Source: Eledone cirrhosa (taxonomy: Eukaryota). From it: 64,000 nt of DNA. A program made the position numbers and the translations under genes. Position 1 is the first letter of the stretch, and every line of letters begins with the position of its first letter. The notes below the pieces were generated by a model. The model saw nothing but the letters and a program-made list of their open reading frames with translations, had not been told where the DNA came from and made no database searches. The DNA lies in assembly GCA_964016885.1 (NCBI GenBank), contig OZ024742.1, positions 296,298,001 through 296,362,000 of the forward strand, read 5' to 3'. Positions 40,407 through 53,787 of the stretch are shown piece after piece.

Positions 40407-43400
40407 CGTATACATCTATATATATATATATGTATGTAATTCTGTATGAGTGAGACACGGTCATCCGACCAAACTTGCCTCAAATGAGACAAACCCGTTT
40501 AACTCATGCTAACGTGGAAGTTAGTCATTAAATGATGATGATCATTAAGTTTATTCAGGTGTGATGCGCATTTCACAATGGATCAGCTCAAGGTTTGATC
40601 TCTACTGATCGGGTCCGACTCTAGAATCAAAAACACATCAGACTTCTGTTTGCTTAATATATATATACAATAGGCTTTCATATATTTTCTGTCTACCAAA
40701 TTCATTCCCTTTTTATAAGTATATCAGACATTACATTGTCCAACATATTCTTTATTTAAGATGTCAGTTTGTGATCTGAGGGAAATTTAGCTGTTATTTC
40801 TAACAACCTAAGTCACCTTAGAGATGCTCTACCATTGGTTCATGTTAGAAGTTTGATTTTAGTTGTGATGGTAGAAGTAGTTAATCTAATCAACTCCAGT
40901 ACCTGACTGTTATTTATTTTATCTACACCAGAAAGATGAAAGACAAAAGTCAATCCCGGAATTAAGAAGCGTATGTGCACAGTAATATATCACCAATTCA
41001 TAACCTATGAATTTGTGTTTTGATATTTTACCTACTTGGTTATTTTATCTCTCTCTCATGATTATTTTCAGGAAATTTTAGAACTTCATAAATCTTTGAT
41101 TTATGTGTCAAATTCCAGAATCATTTGTAATCTATTTTAAACATGTCATGAGCATTGTAATTCCTTTAATCAACATTTATCATGTAGGTGCAAGTAGTAT
41201 TGGACACAAAATGTAAACCTACTACACAAATTTAGATTTAGAACTACACAAGCAATGGTCAATTGCATGCTCAAATAATACTATTTATCCTTATAACATA
41301 TTGAAATAACATTTCTAAATGAATAATAATAATGGCAGGAGATGAAAAGAAAAAAGAAAAGAAAAACTGTAAGGAAACAGAAAAAAGACCTAGAAGAGCC
41401 CATCCTTCATGTTTGAATCCCTCTTTTCAAGAGAAGGAGGAGGGGAGAAAAATATAAAGAAGAAGAATCAAGCTCAGACTGGACTGGTGCTATATTTATC
41501 GACCTCAAAAGGATGAAAAACAAAGATCATTTGGTGATCTTTGAACTCAGAGCACAGAAAGCTGAAGCAAATAATTTGAAGCATTCTAACATTCATTTTA
41601 ACAATTCTGCCAATTTGCCACCTTAGAGATTTGATAGCTATAAAAATAATTTTTTCATTATCATTTATTAATATTTTAAATATTTTTGTTATCTTATCTT
41701 TCTACTCCTATAAACTTTAGTAATTTGTTTCATTTGACAATCAAATTTTTTTTCTTTTGCCTGTGTAAGAGAAATCAATATTTTTCTTGAAGCACAACAG
41801 AAGAAATAAGAGAAGTTAGATGTGTTGTGCAAGAATGATTATGGTGTTTGACTGTAATTTTGAATATTGTGTAATACACAATATTGAATATAATACACGA
41901 TATTGACTGTAATACACAATATTGTGAAGGGTGGGTCAGGTCAGAAAAGATGGGGTGGGATGGGATGCAGGGTTAGATTTAAGAGAGGCAGAGCACATTT
42001 GTTTTGTAAAGGGCATGACAACCTCTTTAATATTTGTGCCATGATAAAATACACCAAGCACCCTCTATACAGTGGCTGATGATATGAAGTAGGAAGAACA
42101 TCCAGCTGTAGAAAACTTGTTAAACAAAGGGTCAAGAGGATTCTTCAGCTGTGTCAAAGACATAACAATCTCCCTAGTGTTGATGTCACGATAAGATGTA
42201 CCCTGTACACTCTGTAGAAGACAGGAATGCATTTAAGTGTGATGCAGCCCCCAGCTGTCTTAAAGGTCAGTGGTTCCAGCTATGTACTGACTTAGTTTGT
42301 GAAGACACATCCAACACTTTGTAGAAAAGAAAATGGTCGTTAAAATGATGGTGATGATTATATATATTGCAATGTGTTGTGTGTACCTGACAAGTGAAAA
42401 GGAGATTACTCTAGCACATACTAGAGACCAATTGAGAGCAGTTGTTCCAGTTGGCTTAAGTTTGGCCCTGGTGATGTGATCATATAGGCCAGTTGGCATG
42501 GGCCTATGATTCTAAGTAGTTAATACACTTGCCTCACATCCAAGTAAGGTGTGGTTTGATTCCTTACAGGCATCTGTCCCCTTTTATTTATTTTCAGGTG
42601 TACTTTACCTGATTTTAATCATCCTCATTTCCATGCTTGCAAGGGTTGGACACATTGCCAACAGACTATGTTTGTACTCAATCAGAGGTACTAGCCCTAT
42701 GAATGGCTTGGCAGCCTGCATCATGCTTGCATATGTTCCTGCACTTTACCAATCAGTTAGATGGGTTAGCAGCCTGCAATTTGCTTACATATAATCCCAT
42801 GCTCTATTGAATGCATTTTATCATGGCATCAGCTCGAGGAAGGTTGTCATGTGCTTAACATAACTGAAGAGTCCTTCTGGCCCCTGGCAAGTTGGATGCC
42901 ATTGCTATCACCAGTCACTGTACAGAATATTCTGGGGCATTTATTGTGTAGATTACCAAAACTAGAGAGGTTTTCATGTCCTTTCCTTAACTAGAGAGTA
43001 CTCTCAATCTATTTTGGCATGGTTTTCTAACAGTGGGTTGCTCTTCCTGCCACCAAACACCTTTCATGTATATACTGAATATATGTTTGTGGCACTAACA
43101 GTAAAGAGAGTGTCAGTCATTAACTCAACTAAATAATTATCTCTACACTACTGGGGGAGAGGATTAGTGAGAAATTGAGTTGAAATAAATGAAATGAGGA
43201 GTATGATGTGTTATGTAGTGGTAGGATTTAATGGGACAATCAGTAGGAAGAGACCTCTGAGAACATTGGAGGTACTGTGATGATTGAACCTACTTAGGGG
43301 CTATGAATCATATTTCAGGATTTTAGCAGGAGGTGAAGGAGTGCTGTATAGATTGAGTGTAGGTTTTAGGATCTAAGAGGTGTGGGCTGGAGTAGGAGTA

Positions 43401-46400
43401 GTTGTGTACAATGATAGAAAGAATAGCAGCTAAGGAGTGATAGTGGATATAGGCATGAATGAGGTGGAGGTGTAAAGTGATGGTAAGTAGAAGTCAGTGG
43501 GAATCATGGCTGGGTTAGGTCGTATTTTATGCTAATAGGTTTTCTCAACTATTATATATAGTGACCAATTATTATGGTCATTGGTATTTTGACCCACACA
43601 TTTCAAATTTTCCCAATGCTTATTGAAAATTTAATTTTACAAAATTGATTTTTGTAACTGAAAATTATTCTTGAATTTCAAAAATTATAATTAAAAATAT
43701 CATAAATTAGAGATTAATTGAGTATGTATCAATAGAATGTAAATATTGTAAGTATTCATACTTTTGATATTAAACCAACTTAAACTGACTCTTGTTTTAA
43801 GATACAAAACTATTTAATTATTTATCCATCTAAATATCTTTCATCATTTTTTAATGAAAAATATTTGCTATATTATAATGTTATTCTCTAAACTCCAGGT
43901 TCATAATGAGAAAGTAAGTTACAATACTAAACCTCTCTGAATACTTGATGATTATCAAAATTATTTAAAAACTATAAGCAGTGTCTTTCATTAGTCACAT
44001 GGTAACAAAAGAGTTAATAATTAACCCTTTGATTACAAACTTCCTGAATGTTTTGTAGCCTCTGCACTGGGCTCTTGAAGCAAATTTTCAAAAAATATTT
44101 TGTGCCTGTAAATATCTGTTTCGTGAATTGAATCCACAAAAATCAGAAACATTCTTGCAAAAACATATAAGCCATAGGTGGTATGACATAAGGCCTCTGA
44201 TTGGTCAGGAGATTGCTTGGCAATTTGTTTATAAACTAAGATGCAGGATTGACTGTTTGTATTGTGCATGCTACAAAATCGTGACCGATAATTCAGCCAC
44301 TCATGTTTAGAGGCTTAATAACTGAGAAGTCTAATGTCATTATTATAATATGTCTTAATGCGCTGATGTATTCTCCTTCAAAATATTAGCATAGTATCTC
44401 TTAGCCATAAGATTCTATGATAGATACATTGATTAACTGAAGAATTCACCAAAGAGGTTGACATTCGCATGAGTATTTTATAGGAACTATTATTGACCTT
44501 GAATATTTCTTGAACCAAAGCCAAAGAAATAAAGCACTTTCTTCCTCCAGAACATATTAATAAGCGAATCAATAATATGGATTGGCTGTGCTGTTATCAG
44601 AATAGTTCCCAACTCACTTAGGAATCGTTCCATTTCCTCGCTAGATAATTGGGCATTAAAGCCAGCTAACTCTCCATAAATGTAACAATTTGTTTCACAA
44701 ATGAAGTATTCACGAAATAAACATGCCAAGTGTGACAGCTTTGAATGGAAAAGATTATATGTTAATGAATGATCACATATGCTATCATACATACTTCTGT
44801 AGAATTACTTCTTTGCAAAACTCACTTATTGTATTTTTACTTTTGATTGCTTGAAGGGAAAAAAAATTAGAGCAAGTCTATTTTGATTACCTATGGCTGC
44901 CACCATTTATCAAGAAATATAGTTTGATATGTAAAGGTTTTTAGGCTTCCCATCTTACACAAATTTCTTTGTATATTTTGATGACTCAAACTATTTTTAA
45001 CCTTTATGATACCAGCCTGTCTGAAACCTCCTCTAGTTCTACAATATGAACTGTTTATATTAAGGCGTTTATATTTATTTAAAACCTTCCATCATAATTC
45101 TATGTAAGAACCTTTGTCAAGTTATGTTCCATACACCACAGAATTCACAGGAAAGTTAGTTATTTTATAAATCACTGCAAAGTTTTTATTCTGAGCTCAA
45201 GTAAGGCAGCAGCCCACTGGTTGAGACTGCTAAAAAATACTTAAAAAAATAAAAACATAAACATTAAAAATATGGTAATGAAAGGGTTGAACTGGAATGC
45301 TAAAATGTTTCATTATATTAAATGTTTTTTTCTTTTCTACTGAAGGACTCGAATATTCATTTATTACAAATATTATTTATAAGTTGTATAAAAAGAAATA
45401 GAACAACACAACCCCCACAGAACGAAAGCACAAACAAATATAATATAAAGAAAAGGGAAAGGGAAAACCCAAAAATAAAGAAAGGAAAAGAAAGAGAAAA
45501 GAGAAGAACCCCCCCCCCCCCCCCCAAAAAAAAAAAAAAACCAGAAGGGGTTAGCACACACATCTGGGACCACATACAACAAAAGGCAGGCGAAAGGGGT
45601 GGACAACCGAGCAACTATCAGAGTAAAAGATAACAGTACTGCAAGGAGCACTGGGAAACCTCTCTAATAATTTTTGAGGCAAGCCAGCATGCTTATGGCG
45701 TTACCTCGGGAGATGGCAAGGCTGATCTGCTGGAACAACCAAGTGTCCTCACGAGCTTCACCAGTTACCTCTGTTAGGTGAGCTACCAGTGAAGATAGGA
45801 ATCTCTCAGTCAGTAGCCCGACTCCTCCAAAACGCCACAGGCTGGAAAATCTAGTTGGCTGTCAGATCACAGTACTTTAGGATTTTGTTCCGATTTATGT
45901 ATGTTTTCTGAGTAAACATAAGATGTTTTTACTTTTTTATGACCGTATTTTGACTGTCAATGTACAAACTGTTTGTGTCATTCATTCATCAGACAAAATT
46001 AAAATGGCTACTAAGGAACAGGGAAGAATGAAAAGAAATATGAAGAAAGGGCGATAACTTAGTTTTTAATCTCTTGCCTGTGCCTGTTATTTTTGCTTCT
46101 TCATGTTTTCATTTGTTTCCTGTATTTCTTTGTTAGATTACTAAGTAGCAGCTGCATATATTTATCATTAATAATAGAGGTTATTCATTTTATTGGGGTC
46201 TGCAAACATATTATTAGAGGATCCCAAGGAAATAATTTCAAATCCCAGGGAAGGAATTTTAGCCAAGGAGTATTTGGAAGGAATCTTAGTCAGAGGAAGA
46301 TGGAAGAAGAATTTGGGAAACCTCAGTTAACAAGAGGAGAAAAAGGATTTTGGTGTCTGAAATTTGAACTTAGAGTATAATGAGCTGGAATAAATATGAA

Positions 46401-46519
46401 ATCATTTAACCCAATGCCCTAACTACTCTGCTAATTCTATCAATTTCCCCTAAACTAGTTATCAATTCATTTTATGTTATTCCCTCCGATGTTTACACAT
46501 TATATTTAGTATCCACTAC

Positions 46520-46930
46520 TACCATCACTGGCTTCCCTTCCCAGCTTGAGTCAGCAGGGCTAGACTAAGAGGACAGCAAAAGGCCAGATGGCAATCTTCC
46601 TGTTCCATATGTGTAGGCCCCTCATCTGGAATGTTACATAGTTACATGCTGTGACACCTTCTCTAGTGGCAATCTGGTGCATTCAGCTACCAGTCCAGAC
46701 TCTGTTGCCCACTAGGCCAAACTATTGAAGTATAGGCTGCTCTTTGATAGATTTGTGCTAGAGCATGTAGCAGTGGAGTCTTCCAGCTTTCTTGGCCCCT
46801 GGACCACATCCCTACTCACTGCTATTGGAGCAGAGCTGGTTGCCCACAGATGGAAGCCCTGTGAGGGGGAGTGGCTGTTCCTCGCTGTCCTTTGGGGCAA
46901 TGCATTCTCCATCCTGTCGACTGGGACCCA
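46520..46930 (+). mobile_element. Degraded CRE-like endonuclease fragment
   Basis: KRPDG, LIW, CCDT, KY..., VAVESS..LGP, WLF...GNAFSIL. Confidence 0.65.
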
Positions 46931-47060
46931 GAGTAAGAGGGTAAGATAGTTGGAGATGGAGGATACTCATTCGGACATCACACATTTTCTTTTATCACCC
47001 ACTTTCATCTATCTATCTACCTTTGTTAACCCATTATCATCTATCTATCTACCTTTGTTA

Positions 47061-47225
47061 ACCCTTTATTTAAACCAGCCATATCCAGCCAGAATTCTTT
47101 CACCTCTCTCTGTTCAAACCGGCTGTAACATCATCAAAATCTTGTTGATTCCATATTATGTGAGATAATTATGTAAAATAAAGCTGTTACCATGAAAATA
47201 TAATAGTAATGTAAAAGCTAAAGGG
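47061..47225. mobile_element. piggyBac-type MITE (deleted copy of the 5828 family)
   Basis: ttaaccctttatttaaac...gctaaagggttaa. Confidence 0.7.
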
Positions 47226-47554
47226 TTAATTTATGTTCCAAACACCAGTTTAAAAGTAAGGCATTCGGTTATATTACTAAATTCAGCCAAATTCTTGAAT
47301 ATTTTCAAAATTAGTTGAAAATCATAGGCAATGTTTTCATTAGAAATATGGTAATGTAAGGGTTGAATATTTTTCAGATAATATTTAAAATAATAACATT
47401 ATAACATTTCTAATCTCATAATTCTCATACTTAATGCAATATAATATTTAATTAAATATTTTATTTAATACCAAATACCATGATAGTAGCATTCCTTATC
47501 TTTAAAGTCTTGTATTAACTGTCACTATACAAATAGTAGTAAATGTATTTTTAA

Positions 47555-47975
47555 TTTAAAAATATAGTTGCCCCAATGCAGATAACTATAATAATGGTTT
47601 ATTACTATAGATAATAGTTGAATATATCAGGTATAATACCCTTGGTAAAGTATTACAGGAATCCCTGTCCATTCTTTTTCGTCTCAAAGGATAATTTAAA
47701 CCTTGCCATATCCAGCCAGAATTCTCTGACTTCTTTCTGATCAAACTGGTTGTAACTGGCCTCTCATACTTAGTTAAGGTATTGTTCTCAAAATAAATAA
47801 TATCAAAATCTCATAGATTCAATATAATGTGAGGCAAAGCCATCATCATGAAAATATAATAGTAAATATAGCATAAAAGAAATACTAAAGGGTTAACTGA
47901 TTTATTCAATTAATATCTATAGTAATCGACTATTACTATAGTTATCTGCATTATGGCGACTATATTTTCAAATTT
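47555..47975. mobile_element. MITE-like element with inverted arms of about 75 bp enclosing a piggyBac-MITE fragment
   Basis: aaaatatagttgccccaatgcagataactata... versus ...tatagttatctgcattatggcgactatatttt. Confidence 0.6.
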
Positions 47976-49248
47976 CAAATTTCCTAATACTTCATATGTA
48001 AAGTAAATCTGTTTTCATTTGGAGAAAAATACAAATTCCAGAAATGCTGAAGATGTAGGGAAGTGACACAGAAGCCACTGACTAGAAACCACCAATGATG
48101 ATTAATGAACAGTTTTTATTGCATCAACCATTTTTCTCTTCTTTCTGTTTTTTTTTCTTTTCTTGTTTCTTGTTTCATTCTGTATTTATTCATTATTTGT
48201 ACAGTCACTCACACTTTTCTCATACCTCCTCCCAATTTCCTGACATAACCTTTGGAGTTGATAAATAAAGCTGCAATCCAGAGCAGTGGATTGACAGAAC
48301 TGTTAGAGCATCAGGCAAGATGACTTGTGACATATGTTTAGGTCTTTGTGTCCTAAGTTCAAATTCTCTGCTACTGTAGTTCCATTATCAGTAAGTACTG
48401 GCTTAGAATCGGCTGTAAAAAAAACCTGACTACCTATGAAGAACCAATGAATTGACAAAACTAAGGAGTATATATATTTTTCTATTTTGTGTTCCAGGCA
48501 ACAGGCTGAGGCCATGCTAAGGCACTGCCATATATACACACATATATAAGAAAGTGAAAAGTGGGTATGTGTAGGAAGCTGTACAATGCAATGTATAGCT
48601 CCTAAATATATCTACTATATCATCATCATCATCATCATTATCATTGTCGTCTTTATGTCCATTTTTCCGTGCTTGCATGGGTTAAATAAGTCTAGCTTGT
48701 CTCCACACCTCATTATTTTATCATCTCCTTTGTAAGATGTAATTTCTTAAAGTCCATCTCCACCACCTCTACCCATGTCTTCATTGGTCTTACAATTCTA
48801 CATCTTTCCTCCATCTGTTTCTTTCCTTTGTGTGATGTAGTTTTTTAAGGTCAGCTTTCACCACTTATGCCCACAATCCATATATTAAACTTGAAAGCAA
48901 AGAAAGAAAAAACAACAATCCTACTTCAATAATATCAAATCACTCCTTCAAAATATAATCAGTAGAGAATTTCACAAAATACCTTTGTTTATTCAGTGTC
49001 CTTTCTTTAGATCATTAGTTCAAGTCCCACAAGGGTCGACTTTACCTTTCATACTTCTGAGATCAATGATAAAATAAGTTCTGATCAAATATTTGTCAAT
49101 ATAATCGATTGTTTTTGTCTCCTAAAACGTGTGGCCTATGCACCTATGTGAAAAATCAATATTTATAAATTTCCTTTTATGTTTGGTCATTTTAATAACC
49201 AACTTTTACTTTCACTATTTCTAATGATATATATATATATATATAACG

Positions 49249-49482
49249 AAGGAATTGTGGTAAGGAACCAGATGGACCATAACGCACCAAAGTACTCAAT
49301 ACTTAGGGTAGTAGAGTGGGTAATAGGAACAAGTATGACCCCGATGGCAGAGCTCAATAGCCGCCGAAACGGCTTCAGCTCTGCCGTCGGGGTCATATTT
49401 GTTCCTATTACCCACTCTACTACCCTAAGTATTGAGTACTTTGGTGCGTTATGGTCCAACTGGTTCCTTACCACAATTCCTT
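49249..49482. repeat. Near-perfect 234-bp palindrome
   Basis: Arms of about 105 bp with about 3 mismatches; the centre caatagccgccgaaacggcttc forms an inner hairpin. Confidence 0.95.
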
Positions 49483-50393
49483 AAAGCTATAATTTATATT
49501 TAGAGTGACAAAGGCAGAAAGAATTCTATAAACAAGTTCAAATTTTGGATGTCTACAAACACATTCACACACACAGATAAATAAATATATATATATATAT
49601 CATCATCATCATCATCATCATATATATAGATATATTATACAAATATATATATATATATATATATACATATATATATAAATGTATATATAGTGTATTTGGT
49701 AATACATTGTATGCTTAATTAAAAGCATTTTGAGGACCTTACGCTATTGTTTTAAAGTAGTGACTATGTCACTTACTTCTTTTTTCAACAAACAAATGGA
49801 GATAAGCTGACAGATCTCTGTTTCATACTGTTGGTATTCCTCAGAGCTTAGCACTCTCCTTGTTTGCTGAAAAATTATGAATTTTGGATTCTTATAGAAT
49901 TCCAGTAATAATCAGGAACTGATTATACAGAGCGGTTGCCAGTCCAGCAAAAATATTCTAATTTTATATATATATATATTTATATATATTCATTCATTTT
50001 ATTTCATTCATTTTACGTCCACTTTTCCCTGCTTGCAAGGGTGGGACGGGAATTGATTCTGGCTTGATTTCTACAGCTGGATGCCCTTCCTAACACCAAC
50101 CTCATTTACAGTGAGTGCTGGGTGCTTTTTGGCCGTGGCACCTCCACGAATGATAGTGATCCCAGTCCCTATCATCTCATTTCTACAGCTGAGTAAACTG
50201 GAGCAACGTGAAATAATGTGTCTTGCTCAAGGAAACAACACATCACCCGGTCTGAGAATTGAACTCACAACCTTTCGATTGCGAAGCCAATGCTCTAACC
50301 ACTAAGCCACAAATACACACACACACATATATATATATACATATACACACACACATATATATATATATATACACATATATATATACATATATA

Positions 50394-50433
<40 letters not shown>

Positions 50434-50723
50434 AATACATATATATACATATATATATATACATACATATATATACATATATATATATATATACATACTT
50501 ATATATACAAATATATATACATATATATACATACATACATATATATACATATATATATATTGTTATACTTTGGGAGGGTCATGTTGCCAATAAGAAACAC
50601 ACGCACCAGTTGCTTTCACTTCAATTTATTATATATTTATAAATTTATAAATTTACAAATTTACAAACTTATAAATTTCTGGTTGGTTGGTTGGTTCCAC
50701 AACCAGATAGTTGTTTATATATA

Positions 50724-50766
50724 GTCATAGTCCTTTCGTCACACACTCTGTGACCTCTTCAGTGAC
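50724..50766 (-). ncRNA. Minimal type-I hammerhead ribozyme in the 3' pLTR
   Basis: guca-CUGAAGA-g-gucaca(gagug)ugugac-GAAAG-ga-CUA^-ugac. Confidence 0.8.
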
Positions 50767-51112
50767 CGGGGATTCCTTTCTTTGTTTCTGTGCCTTTCCT
50801 TTCTTCTATCCTACGCCATTTTGTTTCTGTGTGTGTGTTGTGTGCTCAGTTTGCGCATGCGCCACATCCGGGTGTCTGTGTGTGTTTGTGTTCATTTATC
50901 TATTTGTTTATTTATTTATTTATTTATTGTTGGTTGGTTGTTTGTTCTATGTGTGTGTGTGTTTTCATTTTGTCCTGTGTGTGTTTTCATTTTGTCCCTA
51001 ATTGTAAGTTGTTTGTTCTATGTGTGTGTGTGTTTTCATTTTGTCCTGTGTGTGTTTTCATTTTGTCCTTAATTGTAAGTTGTGATGTTGCTGTTCCACT
51101 CATATTTTCTAT

Positions 51113-53770
51113 TTAATTTTGGTTTAATTCTTTTATGCTTACTGCCTCTGTAATTTGCCTAAACATTGCGTCTTTTCTGTGTGTGGATTCTATTTTTATT
51201 TCTATGTTCTCTAATCTACCCCTGTGTTCTATCTTAGCATGTTGGTAGAGCACAGATGATTCTTTATTATCTTGGAGGTCTCTCCAGTGTTCATTTATTC
51301 GTTCCCCTATACTACGAGCTGTCTCACCTATGTACACTATATTTTTGTTTCTACATTGTCCTTCAGTACATCTTATGCTATACACTACATTTCTAGTTTT
51401 ACAGTTAATATGGGGGCTTATTTTACAGGTTATACATTTCTTATCTATACATGAGGGTCTTTGGAACGGGTATGTCTTGCTAATAAGTGTTTTTACGGAG
51501 GTACCTGGTCTTTCTACTATCTTAATATTGAGATTATGTTTATTTAGGGCCCTTCTAAATTTGTAGGCTAGTTCGCCTCTAGGGGTTGTATTGATGAACA
51601 TTACATTCTGGTATTTATTGCTATCATACCATGAGTTTATTCTATTGGCCTTGTTCCTAGTTCTTTCTATTCTATTCCAAAATTTGCTCCTATACAAGGG
51701 GCAGGTCCCATTTATGTCATTATTTACCATTTTTTCCCATTTGGTTCTGGCTCCTTTATACACTCTGATTCTATCTCTCTGATTGTAGCCAGAGAACTGC
51801 ATACGGTGGATGAAGTGTTGTATGTGTCTCTCTAGTTCTTCGGGGTTGCACATGCGGGACACCTTTCTCATCACCTGTACCAAATCCGCAATCAGTATGT
51901 TGATTTTGGTATGGTCCGAAATGGCCGAGTTTCGGTGGATCAGATGTTTGGAAGTCATGGGTTTGGCATAATGGGAATGGAGGATTTGTTTTTGGTTGTT
52001 AATGGTATCTAACCAGAGATCTGTGTCTAGTACAGGTAATCGATGGTTGGGGTGTTTACTTGGGTAGTCTATAGTAACTCTAATGCTCTGGTGGATGGAG
52101 TTTGCTATTTGATGGATGCTTTCCATTGTGTTTTTCTCTAGTTCCTGACTGTTCTTTAGTGGGGGTGTCTTAACTACGATGTTTATATCATCTACGTAGC
52201 GGAAGTACATTATCAGGGTTAAGCTGTCTTCTAATTGTTCTTTAAGTTTTTGTTTAAGTCTACTGTCCCACCATACCATGAATAAGTTAGCTATGTCGCC
52301 TGCAATGCTAACACCAATGGCTGCTCCTTCCTCTTGGGCATATGTTTTATCATTAAATTTGAATATATGTTCCTTAAGGGTTAATTTTATGCTGGCCCCT
52401 ACCGCATGTGCAATCATTTTCTTCAGTTCATCGTGGTTTTCGGGTGTCCGTATGGCTCTGGTCCACCCGTTCCATCTATCTGTGTGGGTTTTCCTGGCCA
52501 TTGAGGTAATGGTAGGTGGTCTGCCTCTTGTTGGTCTTGTAGGGCACAGGTTGCTAAGGTCATAAGTGTCTAGGTAACTATTACTATGGGTAAGCTTAAG
52601 TAGAAGTCCCAGCTCACTGGTATCAATCCCACGGAACTCAACCTTGCTCTCGCTGATCATTTCTACGCATTTCTCCACAGCAAAATCCACGTCAATAGAT
52701 GGATACAGGGACACAACATCCATACTGCCTATTATGCAGTTTGTTAGGTCCCCAGATCGGTTACCCGCGCCGATTCTGCTGAGGAGGTCCTCCGTGCTGT
52801 CACACACATCTGGGGACATCTCAATGATGGGGCGTATGATCAGGGAGAGGAAGTAGGACAGTCTGTAGTTACTAGCAATGTTAGCCCCACAGACTGGCCG
52901 TGTTGGTGGTCCCGCGACAGGGTCCCAGCCCGTTTTATGGTCTTTTCGAAGCCCATACAACGCCGGCACGTCATTGTTCCAGGCCTGGAAGTTGTTGGCA
53001 GTCCTTTTGTTGGGCTGCATTATATTCGTCCACATCACCATATGGGCATTGAGGGCTTTTTCTCTATCCTCATGCTCCTGTGGTGTTACCTCTCTTGTGT
53101 TAGTGATGTGGGGTTGCATTGCTTGGATGTAGTTTGGCAGGCTGTCAACCGACATTCTGCCAGACTTGTCTGTTGGAAAACATGCTATCTCTCCATTACG
53201 TGAGCGCTGCATGAGGTTACGCAAGCCATTTGCAGATTTTTCTCCCAGTTGCTGGGCCTCTATTCTATTATGCTTCTTGCTATACTGTTCTATAATATTT
53301 CTAAGTTCCGATTTAGCTATACTAAATTGTGCTTCTGTTTGTTCATCGACCTGCGACGGCAACTGCGTGCGTTTGTTAAATGGCAAAGTCGTGGCATGGA
53401 CTCGTCGTAGGTCGAATGATTTATCGGAGGGGTTATAAAACAGAGAGTTCCAGGCTGCTGCTTTATGTGTACTAGTGCTATTATTATTGTTAGTTGTGTT
53501 GTTTCTATTTCTATTTCCACCAACAGCCTCATGGTTGTTTCTATGTCTCTCATAATTACTCCTGTCTCTTTCCACTGGCTCAATGTTGTTATCTACCCTA
53601 TTTTGTGTGTCTGTGTGTTCGTCTTGGTTATTCTCTTTGTCCTTAGTCTCCCATCTCCTTTTCCTTTTAATCCTATTACTTTCTCTTATTTCTCTGATTT
53701 CTGTGCTACTGTCATTACTTGTTTTCTGTGTCTGTGTGTTTGTTAAGATTGTGGTGGTGGTGAGAGGCAT
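51113..53770 (-). CDS. Penelope-type reverse transcriptase + C-terminal GIY-YIG endonuclease (885 aa open)
   Basis: PTDKSG, LYGLRKDHK, TRPV, SMDVVSLYPSI, QEEGAAIG, YFRYVDD, LPVLD, Cys-rich linker, NVVY..C..C..VYIGET.R...R..EH, terminal E..I....N. Confidence 0.95.
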   Translation of the reverse strand: MPLTTTTILTNTQTQKTSNDSSTEIREIRESNRIKRKRRWETKDKENNQDEHTDTQNRVDNNIEPVERDRSNYERHRNNHEAVGGNRNRNNTTNNNNSTSTHKAAAWNSLFYNPSDKSFDLRRVHATTLPFNKRTQLPSQVDEQTEAQFSIAKSELRNIIEQYSKKHNRIEAQQLGEKSANGLRNLMQRSRNGEIACFPTDKSGRMSVDSLPNYIQAMQPHITNTREVTPQEHEDREKALNAHMVMWTNIMQPNKRTANNFQAWNNDVPALYGLRKDHKTGWDPVAGPPTRPVCGANIASNYRLSYFLSLIIRPIIEMSPDVCDSTEDLLSRIGAGNRSGDLTNCIIGSMDVVSLYPSIDVDFAVEKCVEMISESKVEFRGIDTSELGLLLKLTHSNSYLDTYDLSNLCPTRPTRGRPPTITSMARKTHTDRWNGWTRAIRTPENHDELKKMIAHAVGASIKLTLKEHIFKFNDKTYAQEEGAAIGVSIAGDIANLFMVWWDSRLKQKLKEQLEDSLTLIMYFRYVDDINIVVKTPPLKNSQELEKNTMESIHQIANSIHQSIRVTIDYPSKHPNHRLPVLDTDLWLDTINNQKQILHSHYAKPMTSKHLIHRNSAISDHTKINILIADLVQVMRKVSRMCNPEELERHIQHFIHRMQFSGYNQRDRIRVYKGARTKWEKMVNNDINGTCPLYRSKFWNRIERTRNKANRINSWYDSNKYQNVMFINTTPRGELAYKFRRALNKHNLNIKIVERPGTSVKTLISKTYPFQRPSCIDKKCITCKISPHINCKTRNVVYSIRCTEGQCRNKNIVYIGETARSIGERINEHWRDLQDNKESSVLYQHAKIEHRGRLENIEIKIESTHRKDAMFRQITEAVSIKELNQN

Positions 53771-53787
53771 TGAATGCGTGTGTGTTG

